Source: an uncultured Eubacteriales bacterium
GTDB taxonomy: Bacteria > Bacillota > Clostridia > Oscillospirales > CAG-272
Direction of reading: 5' to 3'
DNA: 42,203 bases
Assembly (NCBI GenBank): GCA_934481325.1
Contig: CAKSPL010000001.1
Coordinates: 1-42,203 of the forward strand
Below, piece after piece: positions 41,861-42,203 of the stretch. The notes beneath the pieces were generated by a model. That model ran no database searches. It had not been told where the DNA came from and saw only the letters and a list, made by a program, of their open reading frames with translations. The stretch's first letter is position 1, and every line of letters starts with the position of its first letter. A program made the translations under genes and the position numbers.

Positions 41861-42056
41861 GTTACCCTCCCTTGCCTTTCGCCCGCCGTTTCCTCTCTTG
41901 CCTTTCGCCCGCTGTTTCCTCTCTTGCCGTTCGCCCGCTGTTTCCTCTCTTACCGTTCGCCCGCTGTTTCCTCTCTTGCCGTTCGCCCGCCGTCGCCCCC
42001 TTACCTTTCGCTCGGCGATTACCTCCCTTGTCTTTCACCCGGCAGGTTACCGCAAG
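41861..42056. repeat. 26-bp head-to-tail tandem repeat array (~7.5 copies)
   Basis: Units start at 41888, 41914, 41940 and 41966 (gtttcctctcttgccKttcgcccgcY) and are near-identical. The outer copies at 41861, 41992 and 42018 are progressively degenerate. There are no spacers. Confidence 0.85.
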
Positions 42057-42178
42057 CCAACAACTCCGTCAAGGGACGGCACTGGTGGCTTCGCCCCCGT
42101 CACCGCCTGTCAGACCGCAATTATAATTTTTAGCGAAAAAAGGCGGATGATTTGCAGATGTAAGCAAAATTTGAGACG

Positions 42179-42203
42179 ATGGCATTCAACGAGAGATTGA
42201 AAA
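42179..42203 (+). CDS. Possible start of an XRE-type regulator gene (only 8 codons in window)
   Basis: ATG GCA TTC AAC GAG AGA TTG AAA = MAFNERLK, a common opening of HTH-XRE proteins. Far too short to be sure, and the RBS is weak. Confidence 0.25.

Noticed and set aside
41861-42056. A possible CRISPR array. The repeat reverse complement ends in GGAAAC.
   Set aside because: The units are directly abutting with no unique spacers, the period is only 26 bp, and there are no cas genes in the window.

Overview
This is a 42.2-kb, high-GC, densely coding chromosomal segment. It has Gram-positive, Clostridia-like hallmarks: GGAGG-type ribosome-binding sites, TTGACA/TATAAT promoters and Prp-type protease logic. 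The taxonomic call is inference only. Most real genes are on the minus strand, and the many long plus-strand ORFs in the track are antisense shadows.

Content from left to right:
(a) Hexuronate genes (a truncated SDR and uxuA), then a divergent AraC regulator followed by two tandem PHP-domain paralogs and an MBL-fold hydrolase.
(b) A housekeeping block: a transglutaminase-like membrane protein, a small membrane protein with an acidic tail, prfB (single frame, no programmed frameshift, TTG start), serA and serC.
(c) An ~8.9-kb phage-derived island holding only packaging and head genes: TerL, portal, a Prp-like protease, scaffold, an N4-gp56-type capsid, small unknowns and a holin-like protein. 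It is transcribed from an operator-guarded promoter divergent from an XRE/ImmR-like repressor and an ImmA-like gene. No tail, integrase, replication or endolysin genes are present, although both chromosomal flanks are visible.
(d) glpK, whose ATG overlaps the ImmA-like stop codon.
(e) A 1784-aa secreted GLUG-repeat beta-helix protein. It is flanked by unusual non-coding GC-rich quasi-repeat tracts and followed by a 40-codon ORF that the track misses.
(f) A 13.4-kb sugar-ABC locus without an ATPase gene: one 1164-aa binding protein, two permease pairs, a 1241-aa secreted protein and an NHL/TPR/YIP1 membrane fusion.
(g) An AT-rich spacer and a 26-bp tandem-repeat array at the right edge.

I recognised no rRNA, tRNA or CRISPR array. 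The head-only phage module is my best candidate for an undescribed system. The accessory-laden ABC locus is second.
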